DNA of 64,000 bases from Camelus ferus. Its lineage: Eukaryota. This document shows positions 1-11,970 of the stretch, piece by piece. The stretch lies in the NCBI RefSeq assembly GCF_009834535.1, contig NC_045697.1, positions 16,804,001 to 16,868,000 of the forward strand, in the 5' to 3' direction. A program made the position numbers and the translations under genes. Under the pieces are notes generated by a model. The model was not told where the DNA came from. It made no database searches and was given only the letters and a program-made list of their open reading frames with translations. Within the stretch, counting starts at the first letter, position 1. The number at the start of each line of letters is the position of its first letter.

Positions 1-661
1 ATAACTGTAGTTTTAATTACACGGGGAAACTACAACATCCATCAACATTCATGACTCCTGCTAGGTATCGCCATGGTCCCAGAAAGATTCACAGTCACTT
101 AAAAGGTTACAGCAAGGAAAGAGTTAAAGTTTTTGTATCTTAAAAGAAAAACACCAATTTCCAGGAAACAGAAGTCTAAACTTTCTTGGAAAGAGAGGGG
201 GAGACAGAGATAGAGACGGAGCCAGAAAGGAAGAAAAAGAAAGAGAGAGAGAGAGAATAGTGAGCACTGGGGAGACAGCAGTACAAGAAAAGGAAGAGTC
301 CCCAGCCAAATCAGAGATGAGATTATTCAACAGTCAATATGGGTAAAAAGAAGGGGAGATTCCTTTGAACAAAAGGAAAATGGGCTATTTAATTTCTCTT
401 GTACTTTTCACTGAACCCATTCATTTTTTCAAAGAATATTTAAGATGTATATCTTATCTATTTCCAAGTTAGACACATACAAGACAATAAAAATGAAAAC
501 CAGATCAAATCAGGTTAAAAGGAGCAAGGAAATAATCACTAGGTATGTACTTGGAATGCACTGCATTTTTTGTAGCTGAGTTCTGAGTTTCCTGGCTATC
601 TGGACAAAAATCAAAATGTGTTGGGTTAAATAAATATTCAGTATTCAACAAAAGGAGACGG

Positions 662-910
662 GACTTCCCTGACCTCTCTAAAACAATGATCACCCCATCC
701 CTACTCCCAGTCATGACTATCTCTATTCCTTCTACTTTTTTCTTCAGTGTTTATCAATATTCTAAATTTTGTATCTTTTGCATATTTTCTGTCCCCTTCC
801 ACTAGAATGTAAGGTTCATGAGGACAAGAGTCTTGTTCTTTGTTCACTATTTTATCTTAGTTCCTAGAATAATGCCTAGCACCTGGTAGATTATAGGTAT
901 ATAAATGTTG
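662..910 (+). mobile_element. L2 LINE 3' end fragment
   Basis: Typical L2 3' motifs: cactagaatgtaaggttcatgaggacaagag ... cctagaataatgcctagcacctggtag ... ataaatgttg. Confidence 0.8.
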
Positions 911-1160
911 TCATGTAGTCAAGAGTGATTTTATTGTCAATACTAAATTCCAGAAGAAATGTATCATGGGGTCCCCTAAATAAATTATACCCATAGACTA
1001 TGAGGTCATGTTGGGGTGGGGAAATAGCAGGCTGACAATCCATGACAAGCATCAAATAAGAGGCACATGCAACTGTGTAGTGACAAGGGAAGGGAATTTG
1101 GAGCCAGAGGAACTAAGTTTGGCTACCAAGGCCACCTCCTCCCACTCTGTGCCTTCTACC

Positions 1161-1515
1161 AGGCAGCATGGCATCCTTGTGAAGCATGTGGACTCTAGAG
1201 TCAAGCAAACTAGTTTTAAATCCTGGCTCCAGAAACTTAGAAGCTGTGTGACCTTTGGCAATTTACTCAACCTCTCTGTGCCTCAGTTTTTTCATCTATA
1301 AAATACAGATAATAATAGGACTCACCTCAAAGGATTACTGTGATAATTAAATGAGCTTATATGTGTAAATCAATCAGAACATTGCCTAGCACATAGTAAA
1401 ACTAAGTACTGGAAATTAATTTGAACTTGTGCCCCTTATTTGTAAAGCATGGATAATAACTACCCTTGGAGTGGTCATAAGAGTCAAATGAACTTAATAT
1501 ATGTTAATGTGCTTA
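1161..1515 (+). mobile_element. Near full-length MIR SINE plus an adjacent MIR fragment
   Basis: MIR core gctgtgtgacctttggcaatttactcaacctctctgtgcctcagtttt..catctataaaat and 3' end gcctagcacatagtaa. Confidence 0.9.
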
Positions 1516-1621
1516 AGGTTTTGAGTGGATGACTTAGTTTTTATCTTCATGAGTGCAGCACATGTTCATCATTAAGTTTTTCAGAAAAGATGGAAAGGAG
1601 ACAGTAAAAGTCTTCTACATT

Positions 1622-1925
1622 CCACTAAAGAGTAACAACCACTGTTAGCATTTTCTTGTATAAGTTTCCAGATTGCTTTCAATGCCATATCTATATACAG
1701 ATACAGATGTGTTTGTGAAAATATAATTTTTAAATAGCATTAGACACATACAATATACTGCTCTGAAACCTGCTTTTTAAAAACTTATTAGGGGTGTTAT
1801 CTCACATCAGCAAATAGAGATCTGCATCATTCTCTGTAATAGCTGCCTAGTATTCCACTGTATGAAAGTGCCTTGATTTATTTAGCCAATACTCCATTCA
1901 CAGACAGTTATGGAGTTTCCAATTT
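1622..1925 (-). mobile_element. Ancient L1 (L1M/L1ME-like) 3' fragment
   Basis: atagctgcctagtattccactgtatg..gatttatttagccaat..gtttccaattt matches reverse-strand L1M 3' UTR. Confidence 0.7.
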
Positions 1926-2529
1926 GTGAAACTGTTTGGTAAACTATAAAGTAATATGCAAATATTAGCGATCATCACCATTATTTTTAAAATAAATATC
2001 TAAACATCACCATTAAATTTTTGAAAGGTCTTCTTTCACTATTTCTTCAAACCCCTGGAAATGATGCTTTGATCTAATTGTATTTATACCATCATTCAAA
2101 AAGCATGGCATTTTGAGGATCCTACTTCTGAACAGGAAAACAACTATCAACTACTAAATCAGAACTAGGGGAAGGCATTAAGGACTATTCCTAAGAGCCC
2201 ATTTCTCAGTACAAAGACTCTGTCCTTTTCGGGCACGTGCTGCCTCACTCACTCGCCTCTGCTCATACACTGACCTCTCTCACTGATTGCCACCCTTTTC
2301 AGAATCTGACCATGGTTTCAGAATCTTCTTTGACAATGAATTCCAAGTAACCATTGTCAAACAACTGGAAGAGGCTAGAGAGATGAAATGTATTTGCTCA
2401 TCCCAAGTTCAGGATAGAAAGAATGAAGAGGTGACATCCACAAGCACTTACTGAGTAGCTACCACGTAAGGTACACATGCTGGAAGTGGCAGATTTTGCA
2501 GCTATATTATTTACATCATTGCCCCTCCT

Positions 2530-2645
2530 ATATTCTGAGTTTCTTGAGATTAGGAACCACATCCTGACCTCCTATGCAGACTCACCTTTGTCTAACAATG
2601 CCTCGTAAGAGTAGGTGCTTAATAAATGTTGCTCACTTGTGGATG
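2530..2645 (+). mobile_element. L2 3' end fragment
   Basis: gagtttcttgagattagg ... gtaggtgcttaataaatgttg. Confidence 0.65.
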
Positions 2646-3069
2646 AGCAGTTGAAATAATGTTTGAAGTCCTTGATCTCATGTATTTTACAACCTCATTG
2701 ATTAATAACTGAAATTATAATGAAAGTGCCAGCGTATTTTCTGAAAATAAACCCTGCCAAATTATTTCTGGTAGAATGGAGTTAGATGGAGCATCCAAAT
2801 GCATGAAAACAAGTCACTGAGAATTGCTACCCTTTTTTTTTTAACAATAAATTTTCTCCCTTAATTAATGTTGTGACTTAAAGCAAATGTGCATGGCAGG
2901 AAACAGAGGGCCCTGCTGATACCAATTTTACAGAAGAAGGTGGCTGTGCATTGAGATATACTGTAGATATACTACTTCCTAACTCGGGTCCCAGCATGAG
3001 CTGGATGGAGTCAGCTTATAAAACTCTGGCCTTTCACCTCTTCAAGGCTACCATTAACTTCTCTTTGAG

Positions 3070-3140
3070 TTGCATTCATTCAACAAATATTTACTGCACA
3101 CCCATTATCCTCTAGGCACAACAGTAAGCACTAGATGTGG
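3070..3140 (-). mobile_element. L2 3' terminal fragment
   Basis: cattcattcaacaaatatttactg (reverse of the L2 tail). Confidence 0.65.
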
Positions 3141-3754
3141 GGAGGTCTGATGACAAAAAATTATTTAAATTCGAATATACATAAGCATCCCAGGTCTCTT
3201 AATAATGGGTCATCATGACGTATTGTTCGTGACTTTCAAAGATAGGGCTTATATATTTTTATCTCCTAATATTAAAATAGGAAATCATCACTCTAACCAG
3301 GAAGATATTCCTATCCTAACATGGAAGTTAACAAATAGATTTCATTGTCTCCAGCCTATTCCAACTATCTCATAATGGCTACCAGAAATTCATTGTTTAA
3401 AAAAATTCAACCATGTCTAAACACTGGGGAAAGTTCTGCAATCGATAAGTGATGTCTGTCATGAATAAAGAATGTGGCAAGTGGCCTGTGTGTCAAGTAT
3501 TTGCCATCCCTCTTCCATATATTTCATGCTGACCCTGCTTTTCTGTTCTGCACTGTTCTCTCTGGATAACCTTATTCTACTGGTTCTTTGTGAGTTATTT
3601 GAGAGCTTATCTACTTCATAATCCACGACCCAAGCTGGTTAATAACGAGTGTTGCCAACATCCACAGTGAATCATGTAGCATTTGACTATATCTAAGCTT
3701 CACCCTTCTCCAATTTTCTTCATTTGAATATATCTAATTTTTAGGAAATAAAAT

Positions 3755-4060
3755 CACAAAGCTCCCTGAGGGCAGTAACCTTTTATCTTCATTCTTTTTA
3801 GCCCCTACAGCACTAAAAACCCTGCTAGCTATATCAAAAGTACTCAACAAACCTTTTGTTCGCATGAGTGCATGGGGGAGGGTCAGTCTCAGAGCCCGAA
3901 AACCTGGCTTCCCATTACTAGTTCTCTACCTCCCACATACATGACTTTGTACAAATTCCTGTAACTATTTTGGACCTCAGTTTTTCCATCTCCAAAATAG
4001 AGAGGGGGCAGTAGAAAATCTCTAAGTTTCCAAATCAACCTAGCATTCAATGATTCGACA
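3755..4060 (+). mobile_element. L2 fragment followed by a MIR3-like SINE
   Basis: agctccctgagggcag (L2), then ggacctcagtttttccatctccaaaat..tctctaag..attcaatgattc (MIR3-type end). Confidence 0.6.
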
Positions 4061-5556
4061 TACCTTAGAGGATATTTTAAGGAAAACTTTTGCTGTTTGA
4101 AATATCTCTTTTCATCTAATAAAAGGAGAGTTTTTTTTTTCTTTGAAAAAGAAGTGAATTGCAAATCCTCTTGAGAGGTGGCTCAGCCCTCACACCCTCT
4201 TCTCTTCTAAGTTCCCAATAAATGAACAGCGATTCGCTCCTCTTGCTTCAGTCCTGAAAAGAAGTCCACCCTCTTACTAATAGAAAACAGGATTTGAGTG
4301 ATGGCTTTTACACTAATTGGTCAGGAGCCTTAGATAAAATATTGTTATTGACAGAATGTTCTCTTTTTTCATGCACTGATAAAGTAGCTTAGCAGAGCGA
4401 ATAGAGAGTAAACGGAGGACAAAGAAAAAGTGCCTGAAACTTGAGTCAGATTGAAAGAATCAAGTCAGCAGTGTAAGGTTCTTGCTAATAAGAGACCCCG
4501 TTAAGGGAATATAACGGAAGCCAACATATCCAACAAGACAACGGGAACTGGAGAGCAGGATTCGCCAGTGAGGGGATGAGAAGTTAAGAGCAAAGATCCA
4601 AAAGTCTGATTCGTTCTGTTTGACCCTTGAGGTCCACAGAGGATCAAATGTAAATGGAATCATTTTAGAGACCATCATTTTTAACTCAGCCAGAAGAGCC
4701 GTATGCATAAAGAAATCCCCTCTCAGTCTGTCAAACACCATATATTGATTTTAAAAGATAAAACATAAAATGTTCAAAGGAGCATCGTAAATGTAATGGT
4801 ATAGGTTACGATCAAGTGCAGGGAAGCTTCCACCGGGGGCACTGTACTCTTCTCTGGCAGGTGATGAACTAACTCAGTGATCTGCCAGGTCTTTTACCCA
4901 GAAAGGAGCTCTGGCTCCTCTGACTTGATCTATGTAAATTTTTAAAAGTTGGAAATGGAACCAAGGTTAATATTGATATGGGTCCTCATAATGGTAGTTG
5001 GTTTATACTGGGGTCAAGCCTTCAATTTGACATCCCTTAACTACAAAAATGCAGCAAACACTACTCGGCCATCAGCTTGGCAATGCATAGAGGGAAACAT
5101 AACCCAAAACAGGGCAAGCGGTGCCTCCTGCCCCCAGGTAATTTGATTCAGGCATACACAGCATAATCCTTTTGTTTTCAGTAGTCCTTGGACAAACCAA
5201 AGCTTCATTTTCCCCAAAACCCTAAACTTGTCTATGAAGAACTCTGAAATTCTTATCTTTTCTTCTTATACCCAAGTTTCCTCTTCCCATCTCCGCGATC
5301 CCCACCCTCCCGCAACTTCAGAAAAGGGAACATCGGGGTCAATTTTGCTAGAATTCTTTTATGTGTATCCTACAACGCCATCACTCAGCTCTAGAATCCT
5401 CCCTCCTGCTCGCCCTGCGATTGAAATGACCAGAGTCAGACCAGACTCAGGTTGCTGTTTGGCAAAAAAAACAAAGAGCTCCCTCCTGTTCTTCAAACCG
5501 GTCCCAGCAATGGGGAGCCTGTCCCAGCCAGAGCACACTCTCTGCTGAGGACTTAC

Positions 5557-5862
5557 CTGCCACACTGCCCAGCCTGGGCCTGCCCACCAAGCAAACAGCC
5601 AGGAGCCAGGAGGGCACAAAAAGGACAATTGAGCCCCCATGCCACCCACCACTTCCCTCCTACCACCCGTCTCAGCGGGAAAGGAGTGGGATCCTCCACT
5701 TTGAGCTTCGGGCAGAGGAACAATTCCTCTCTCCCACTCGCCACATTCTTCCCAGGAATGGGGTTGGCTTTGATTCTTCAGATTACATTCACAATTAAAC
5801 TCTTCAAGACTTTGTACTCTGGGAAACCGATCAACAACCCAAGGTTTGTCCTCAGATAACCA

Positions 5863-5866
<4 letters not shown>
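5557..5866 (-). other. Candidate alternative first exon of a minus-strand gene (5' boundary unknown)
   Basis: Perfect donor CAG|GTAAGT at 5557/5556; repeat-free, GC-richer context; ATG in GGCATGG at 5640 gives 28 codons in phase 0 to the donor. Confidence 0.5.
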
Positions 5867-5930
<64 letters not shown>

Positions 5931-6550
5931 CTGGGGAGATGGGGGTAGGGAGTGTAAGGAATGGCACTGGATGAATGAGAAGGGGCTCTTCGACTCCTGA
6001 GAAAGTCTCCACGCAGAGAAGTGCATGGGAGTGAAACACCTTGTCATTTCAGACTACCTTTCTCTCGGCGTCTCCAGTTCTCAGCCCGAGCCAGGCCAGG
6101 CGTGGGATCTGACTTGGCTGCCCTTTCGTTAAATAAACCACCGCACTACATGGCAGGCTCCCGGATGCCAGGCAGCAACTCGTGCAAAGCCCCCCCGGGG
6201 CACACTGAACACCATTTTGTTTGACATTTCACTGACGACAATAGAACTGTCTGAAAGCGCTCAGATGCCATCAAGCAGGCAGGTGGGAGGGGAGGGGTTA
6301 AGCAGATAAGCACTCTGTGTGGAGGACTCCTCTGGAATTTATTGTAAAAGACACGCAGAGCCAAGTGAATGCAAGGACGGTTTTACAGGTGCACATTTTG
6401 TGCATTCGTGGCATGGGGTGGAGGGAATGTTACTTGGACTCAGCTTCCAAAAGGAACTTAAATCCCGAAAGGAATAATAACACTGATTCCGTGGTTTTGA
6501 GGAAAATACGCCATTCACCTAAATAGAATGCCTCTGCCGGTCCTAAAATT
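5700..6550. promoter_or_regulatory. Candidate promoter/enhancer
   Basis: No transposon recognised, more CpGs than the flanks, three GGAATG (TEAD-type) motifs at 5755, 5958 and 6424, adjacent to the candidate first exon. Confidence 0.4.
5867..5931. repeat. (TG)29 microsatellite followed by (CG)3C
   Basis: Read directly: 65 nt of uninterrupted purine-pyrimidine alternation. Confidence 0.98.
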
Positions 6551-6630
6551 ATAATGTGGTTCTAGAAATGTTAGAAGGCACTTTCTAAGTGTGTGAACCT
6601 TGCTTATTACCCATCGACTGGGAATAACAT

Positions 6631-6792
6631 CATTCACTCATTCCACAAATATTTATTGAATATCCACAATGTTCATGCAAGGTCCCTATCATACTAGAAG
6701 GTAGGCAGAGCAGGGAAGGATGCCCAGATAATCAGATCTGGATTCTGACCTTATGGAATTTGCAGTCTGATCGGAGAAATAACACACAAACA
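6631..6792 (-). mobile_element. L2 3' fragment
   Basis: cattcactcattccacaaatatttattga ... ctgaccttatggaatttgcagtctg. Confidence 0.7.
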
Positions 6793-7920
6793 CTAAAGAT
6801 CCTTCGGTGGAAGGGAGAAATGTTAGGCATGTGAGAAATTGGCCCCTGATGGACCGGGTGTTTGGCACTCGAAGAGAAATTGATTCCAGCTGGGGCACAG
6901 TATATTTCTCAGCTTTGGTATGCAGCGGAAGACAGGGAGCCCTCAACATCCCATCACAGCAAGAAAGGAGCATCTCTACGACGACTTCACTTTCTGGCCA
7001 AGATACGCAGGCACACATTCCTGTGTGGTCTGAGTGTCTGTAGCCATCCAGGGGTTTTCCTCCTTTCTCGCCCCCAGGAACAGCAGGGCGTAGATGTGTT
7101 CACACAATGGCTCAGCTCCTGTCATGTTTTAAGAGGATTAGCTTTATTAGTTCAGTTAGTCCACTTTCCTTTGATTTTTTTTTTTTTTAATGTTAAAAGC
7201 AAACCGAGACTAGAAGGAGGAGTTGACTTCAGTGGTCCTCGGTAAGGCACTGACTCTCTGGGTCTGAGATGAAGGCTTCTGCCAGCATTTTTGCTCTCTG
7301 TGTGTTTGGTTTACTCCTGACAGATACAATGGAATGCTTCAATGAAAAACGCCCAACTCATTTTCCATCTATGAATGAACAGAAGGCACCCTGTGGCTCA
7401 GGAGGGATAAATATTCACCCCGACTGGGGGCCTGCTGGCTCGCCCGTGCTACGTACACCGTGGTTGCAGCCCCTCTGGCTTCCACATGTAATTTTCCAAA
7501 GTTTGTGCTGTTTCCTGGCAGGGCGATTTATCACCGACACCTCTTTGCCACTTCAACCGGAGGCCCCGGCAATGGGGCAAGGTTCAAGGAAGTTGGCCAA
7601 AACTGAAGCAGACATTTTATCAGCTAACTATTGCATTTTCTAGCTCTTGACTTTTCCCCAGGAGCTTTTGGTTTTCATTTTGTTGGCTGCCATTAACTCC
7701 TCTGGTGCTGTACAACTCCAGGTTACTTTTTCTGAAAATAACAGAGCTTCCAGTAGAGCGAGGTTTGTGGGGTTTTTTTTTTTTTTTTTTTGGCAAAAGG
7801 ATACTGAAGCTCCTTGCCCTTAACAAGTGAGTCTCCACCCTGATTTAGTGTGTTGGAGAAGTATTTTTGAAGACAATGGAGAGATGGGCAGACTGAGCTA
7901 TGGAATTGAGTCGAAAGCCT

Positions 7921-8085
7921 TTGTTTTTTCTTTTGGATTTTTTTTTTAACTTATACATATGTTTTTATTGACATATAGTCAGTTTACAATGTTGTGTCAA
8001 TTTCTGGTGTACAGCACAATATTTCAGTCATATGTGAACATACATGTATTTGCTTTCATATTCTTTTTCACCATAAGTTACAAGA
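7921..8085 (-). mobile_element. Short 5'-truncated, relatively young L1 3' end
   Basis: T-rich tail then tttattgacatatagtcagtttacaatgttgtgtcaatttctggtgtacagca; possible short TSD AGCCTT. Confidence 0.8.
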
Positions 8086-8214
8086 GCCTTAAATTATACA
8101 CAGATCAAAAGAGGCGGGTGAGGGACGTGGCCGTATGCCTGACTCACCCCCTTGAAAACAATTCTATTCTAATATCTGTTACTTTTATAACTTCTTCACT
8201 GGCTCCATCATTAA

Positions 8215-8480
8215 TTTATTTACTCACTTATTCATTCATTCAACAAATGAGCTTAATGAACTTAATATGAGAACGATTACTGTGTAATGACTAAATGCTA
8301 GTGATGGAAACAAAAAAAGTGAGTAAGACATGGACTCTCCTCTCAAGGAATTCACAGTCCTGCAGGGAAAATGCATCATCAACAAACACTTTAGATGCAA
8401 AAAGAAGGATGAAGTGACTGCTTGAAAAGAAGTACATCAAAGAGCTGTCAGAATAAAGACAGAAATGAGTATAACCTGAT
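8215..8480 (-). mobile_element. L2 3' fragment
   Basis: ttattcattcattcaacaaat ... taagacatggactctcctctcaaggaattcacagtc. Confidence 0.75.
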
Positions 8481-10939
8481 CAGCATATATTGAGAAACAG
8501 ATTCTAAACATGCTCCAATTATACTGAAGTAAAACTTTAACTTGACTGCCTCCTGAGATGAGAGAGAGAGAAGCATCTTATCCATGCCGACCTTTCCCCT
8601 GAAGTAAAGTGTTTCCAAAAAAGTTCACTTTCAAAATAATTTCTCCACTCTCATCCTCAGCTCCTTCTTCATATTTTCATTCATTTTGCCCTTGTTGAAG
8701 CCACACAGTTTTCTCTGAAAGGACCACAGCCCAGAACGCAAGGAGAAATCGTGAGCTCTCCTTCCAGGGCTGGTCTGCATTCCCGCTCTTGGCTAAGGGG
8801 GGTGCCGTTCCTGAGTCTGGGAAGCAAGGGTAACTCAGTTTCAGGCTTGGTCTTGCCTCTCCTGGGCACAGGTAGAAGTGCCACGATACTGTGATGAATC
8901 ACACAGTGGTTTTACGATGAAGATGATCAGTCATAGAAGAGTGACTACACCATCAGCTTCATTTTGTATTGCAAAACAGTCTGGACACCAAATGGCCAGT
9001 CTTCAGCCTGTTGGCCTCCCTCTCTGTGTAGACAAGTGTGTTGCCCTCCCCCTCCTAGGAGGCTCCCTACTCCACTTTTAGGGACACTCAGTGCATCGGA
9101 AGGAAAGATTGCTCCATTAGTGTCCACAGGAGACATGTCCAAATTTCTAAGGCCAAAGGTAAGGGTTTTTTATTCCATTTGTTTTCTCAGGCAGGACCCC
9201 AATCACAAGGCTCTGGGACAATCTGCCTTTTGCAGATACAAACTTCCATGCAGCACCAAGCCCGGGTAGGACCAACTTCCTCACCACAGATGTTCACTGA
9301 ATTCTGTCCCCATTCACATCATCAAAGGGCACAAGGGATGTGGTCACCTGTCCTAGCACTTCAGAGTTTTCATTTAAGCCTCTCCTGCTCCATCCTCCTT
9401 CAAACAGATGGACGGTTTTCTCCCTCTTCCCTCTCTTTTATAGAAACATGACAGGTTCGTGGTCATGAGATCAGACCACACTGGTGTCGAGCAAAACACA
9501 TTTTGTTTTGAAAAGTATGAACTACTTGAACAATTAAATAGCTTAAAAGACAAACCTGCAAGTGTCCTCAGGAGAGATGTGTAAGCACAATTTTCTCCTA
9601 AAACGCAAACCCAGGGAACTAGATATGGTCCTGAAAGCATTTTGTTTTTAATTAACTTTTCTAAAAATCCCCTCAATAAAAGTGATCTTTCACCGACCCA
9701 TTGTCAACTGGAAGAAACAATTATTTTGGTCATCAAAAGAGTCATTTTTACCAATGAACTGTCATTATCAATCAATCTAAGGCTCTCTGCATAGCCCTGC
9801 ACTAAATACAAAAATGAACAGGAGAATAAATCTGTAAGCGAATAAATTTTCTGCACACCGATCCCCGCAGGCCATGTGTTTATAAGTCAACAGCTTAAAA
9901 TGAAAGCATCTGATGAAGGTAATACACCTGTTAAAGGAGCATAAAATTCCAAACCCAAAGGTAAAATATAAAGATTATAAAGCCTCTTAAAGGAGCCATC
10001 AAAGCAAACTATTAAATGAGCGCATCTGCTCTGTGCTGGAGTCTCGTGTATAAGTGCCACTCAAAGTAAAAGATTTAGGACAAACATCTCATGAAAGAAT
10101 GTGGAAAGCAGTGAAGGGACCCTCTTTTGAGGACGATGAGAGAAAATGGAATGGATTCAGTTAAAAAGAACGATTGACCTAAACTCAATCCCGGCCTCAA
10201 ACATAAGATTTTACGAGTCTAGTTTTCACTGGGCGGGGTGAGACACGAGGGGACCTACGAAGATCGTTTTTATGTCCCACTTTATACTTTGATTTTAGTC
10301 TACAGGCAAAAAGAAAGAAAAATGCTTAAGGTTACCTGTCCTGAAATATGATATTTTTAAAAAATACTAAACAAACTATATATATATACACACATATAGT
10401 CAAAGAAGTTAAGGCAATTCCTATGAAACTTTGAACTTGACACGTTACCAAAGAAGTATAATAGAGGAGTATGAATTGCACAAGACTGTCTGCCTACCTG
10501 ACCCCCTGGAATTTGATTTTAGTCATGCTGTATTTTCTAGGGTTTCTGCCTTTCCAAACGCTATTTCTCAGTGTTCCATCCCCATAATGTTGGTGTTCCT
10601 TATAATTCTGTTCTCGGTTCACTCTGCTTGTTCTTTCCTTGCAGGATGGCATTGCCTCTCAAGGTTTTACCCACCATCACTACCATAACCATCCCCCTAT
10701 CTGTGTCTCCAGCCCAGAAGGCCCCCTCTGCTCTGAGTCCGTGGGCTGCCGACCACCAGCATCCCTCAAGTCCAGGGAAACGCCGAGTATCCAAACTGTA
10801 TCTTCACATCCTCCCCGAACCCAGCCGCTGCTCCGTCTGTGGTGTTGGTATCAGTTGGAAAGTAGCAGCAAGATCCACAAATATCCACAAACCAGAAATA
10901 GAATCATCACTTTTAGTTCCTCACCACTCCTAAATCAGT

Positions 10940-11481
10940 TCCTTCTTTTCCATTTCACTCCCACTGCCCTAGTTCAGGCCCATGTCAGCTTCACTCCAGG
11001 GATCTTTCTTTAAACACAACTCTGGCCACACCCACCTTGTTGTACATCATTTCAGGGTCTCTACATTGACCTAGAGGATGCCCTTGAACATGGCAGGGAG
11101 GCCCTGCCCATGCCTCCAGTCTGACTTCCGATCACCCCCGTCTCCCCCTCCACCACCGCCCACCACTTCCAGCTTCCAAAAGAAAGCTCTTTCTCACTCA
11201 TCCTTTGCTCAAGCTCCACCTGACGTCTCTTTCTGGGCCTTTTCCCTTATCTAACATCTCTTCCTTTAAGAATCAGCTAAGATGTCAGCTTGTCCAGGAG
11301 GTCTCATTGACCCCTTGAGGTCCTGCTGCTCAAGGCTCCAGAAGGCATAGTGCACCCACCCTACTGTGGCACCCAGCACATTATAATCATTGGTCTATAC
11401 ACCTGTTAATGGTCTGGTTGATGGCAGGGCCACTCTGATCCATCTCTACATCTACCACACACAAAACAACAATTATTGAAT
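10940..11481 (+). mobile_element. Degenerate L2 3' region
   Basis: cactgccctagttcaggcc, tcctttaagaatcagctaagatgtc, ggcagggcc, attattgaatg in L2 order. Confidence 0.6.
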
Positions 11482-11739
11482 GCAGGATCTCTCACCAAAA
11501 GGCATATACACATCTATCCTACACATAGATATTTTAAAGTTGCTACCATCTTATCATGCCAGAAAAACAAGAATTTCATATACATTTCTTTCTTCACATC
11601 CCTCAACAAAAGGTTTATGGTCTTTTTCTCGGTTTTGTTTGGCAGTGAGGGAAGAGAGTAATCGAAGCTGGTTCACGTTTTCTTGAAATTAATTAAATTG
11701 GAACATGAGTTTTGCCAAATGATCTAATAACAATAAGAA

Positions 11740-11970
11740 TAAATAATAATCTCTGCTGTGCACTCGCCATGTTGCAGCGCTGTTCCAGGTGCTTTAGACC
11801 TGCATTTAGGCATCCTCGCCGTGGCCCTAGGCAGCCTGGGCTCTAGGTGTTCCTATCCTCCCCATGTCCAAAAAGGAAAACGAAAGAATTGAGAATAACT
11901 CATCCAAAGCCACACCAATCCGGAGGGATGGAATCTTGATGCAGCTCAGGATCTTCCACCGTGGACTCCA
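11740..11970 (-). mobile_element. MIR SINE
   Basis: Degenerate reverse MIR: ctgttccaggtgctttagac ... aactcatccaaagccacac. Confidence 0.55.

Noticed and set aside
4854..4888. Box C (GTGATGA) inside a CTGGCAG/CTGCCAG terminal stem, snoRNA-like
   Set aside because: Only 35 nt, no proper CTGA box D, no room for a guide, and antisense to the inferred host gene.
5359..6039. 226-aa minus-strand ORF with an HT repeat
   Set aside because: Length is inflated by the (CA)n microsatellite and it reads through a perfect splice donor; only the 28-codon part is kept as a candidate.
10150..10330. Strong minus-strand acceptor TTTTTCTTTCTTTTTGCCTGTAG near 10300
   Set aside because: No convincing donor within normal exon distance.
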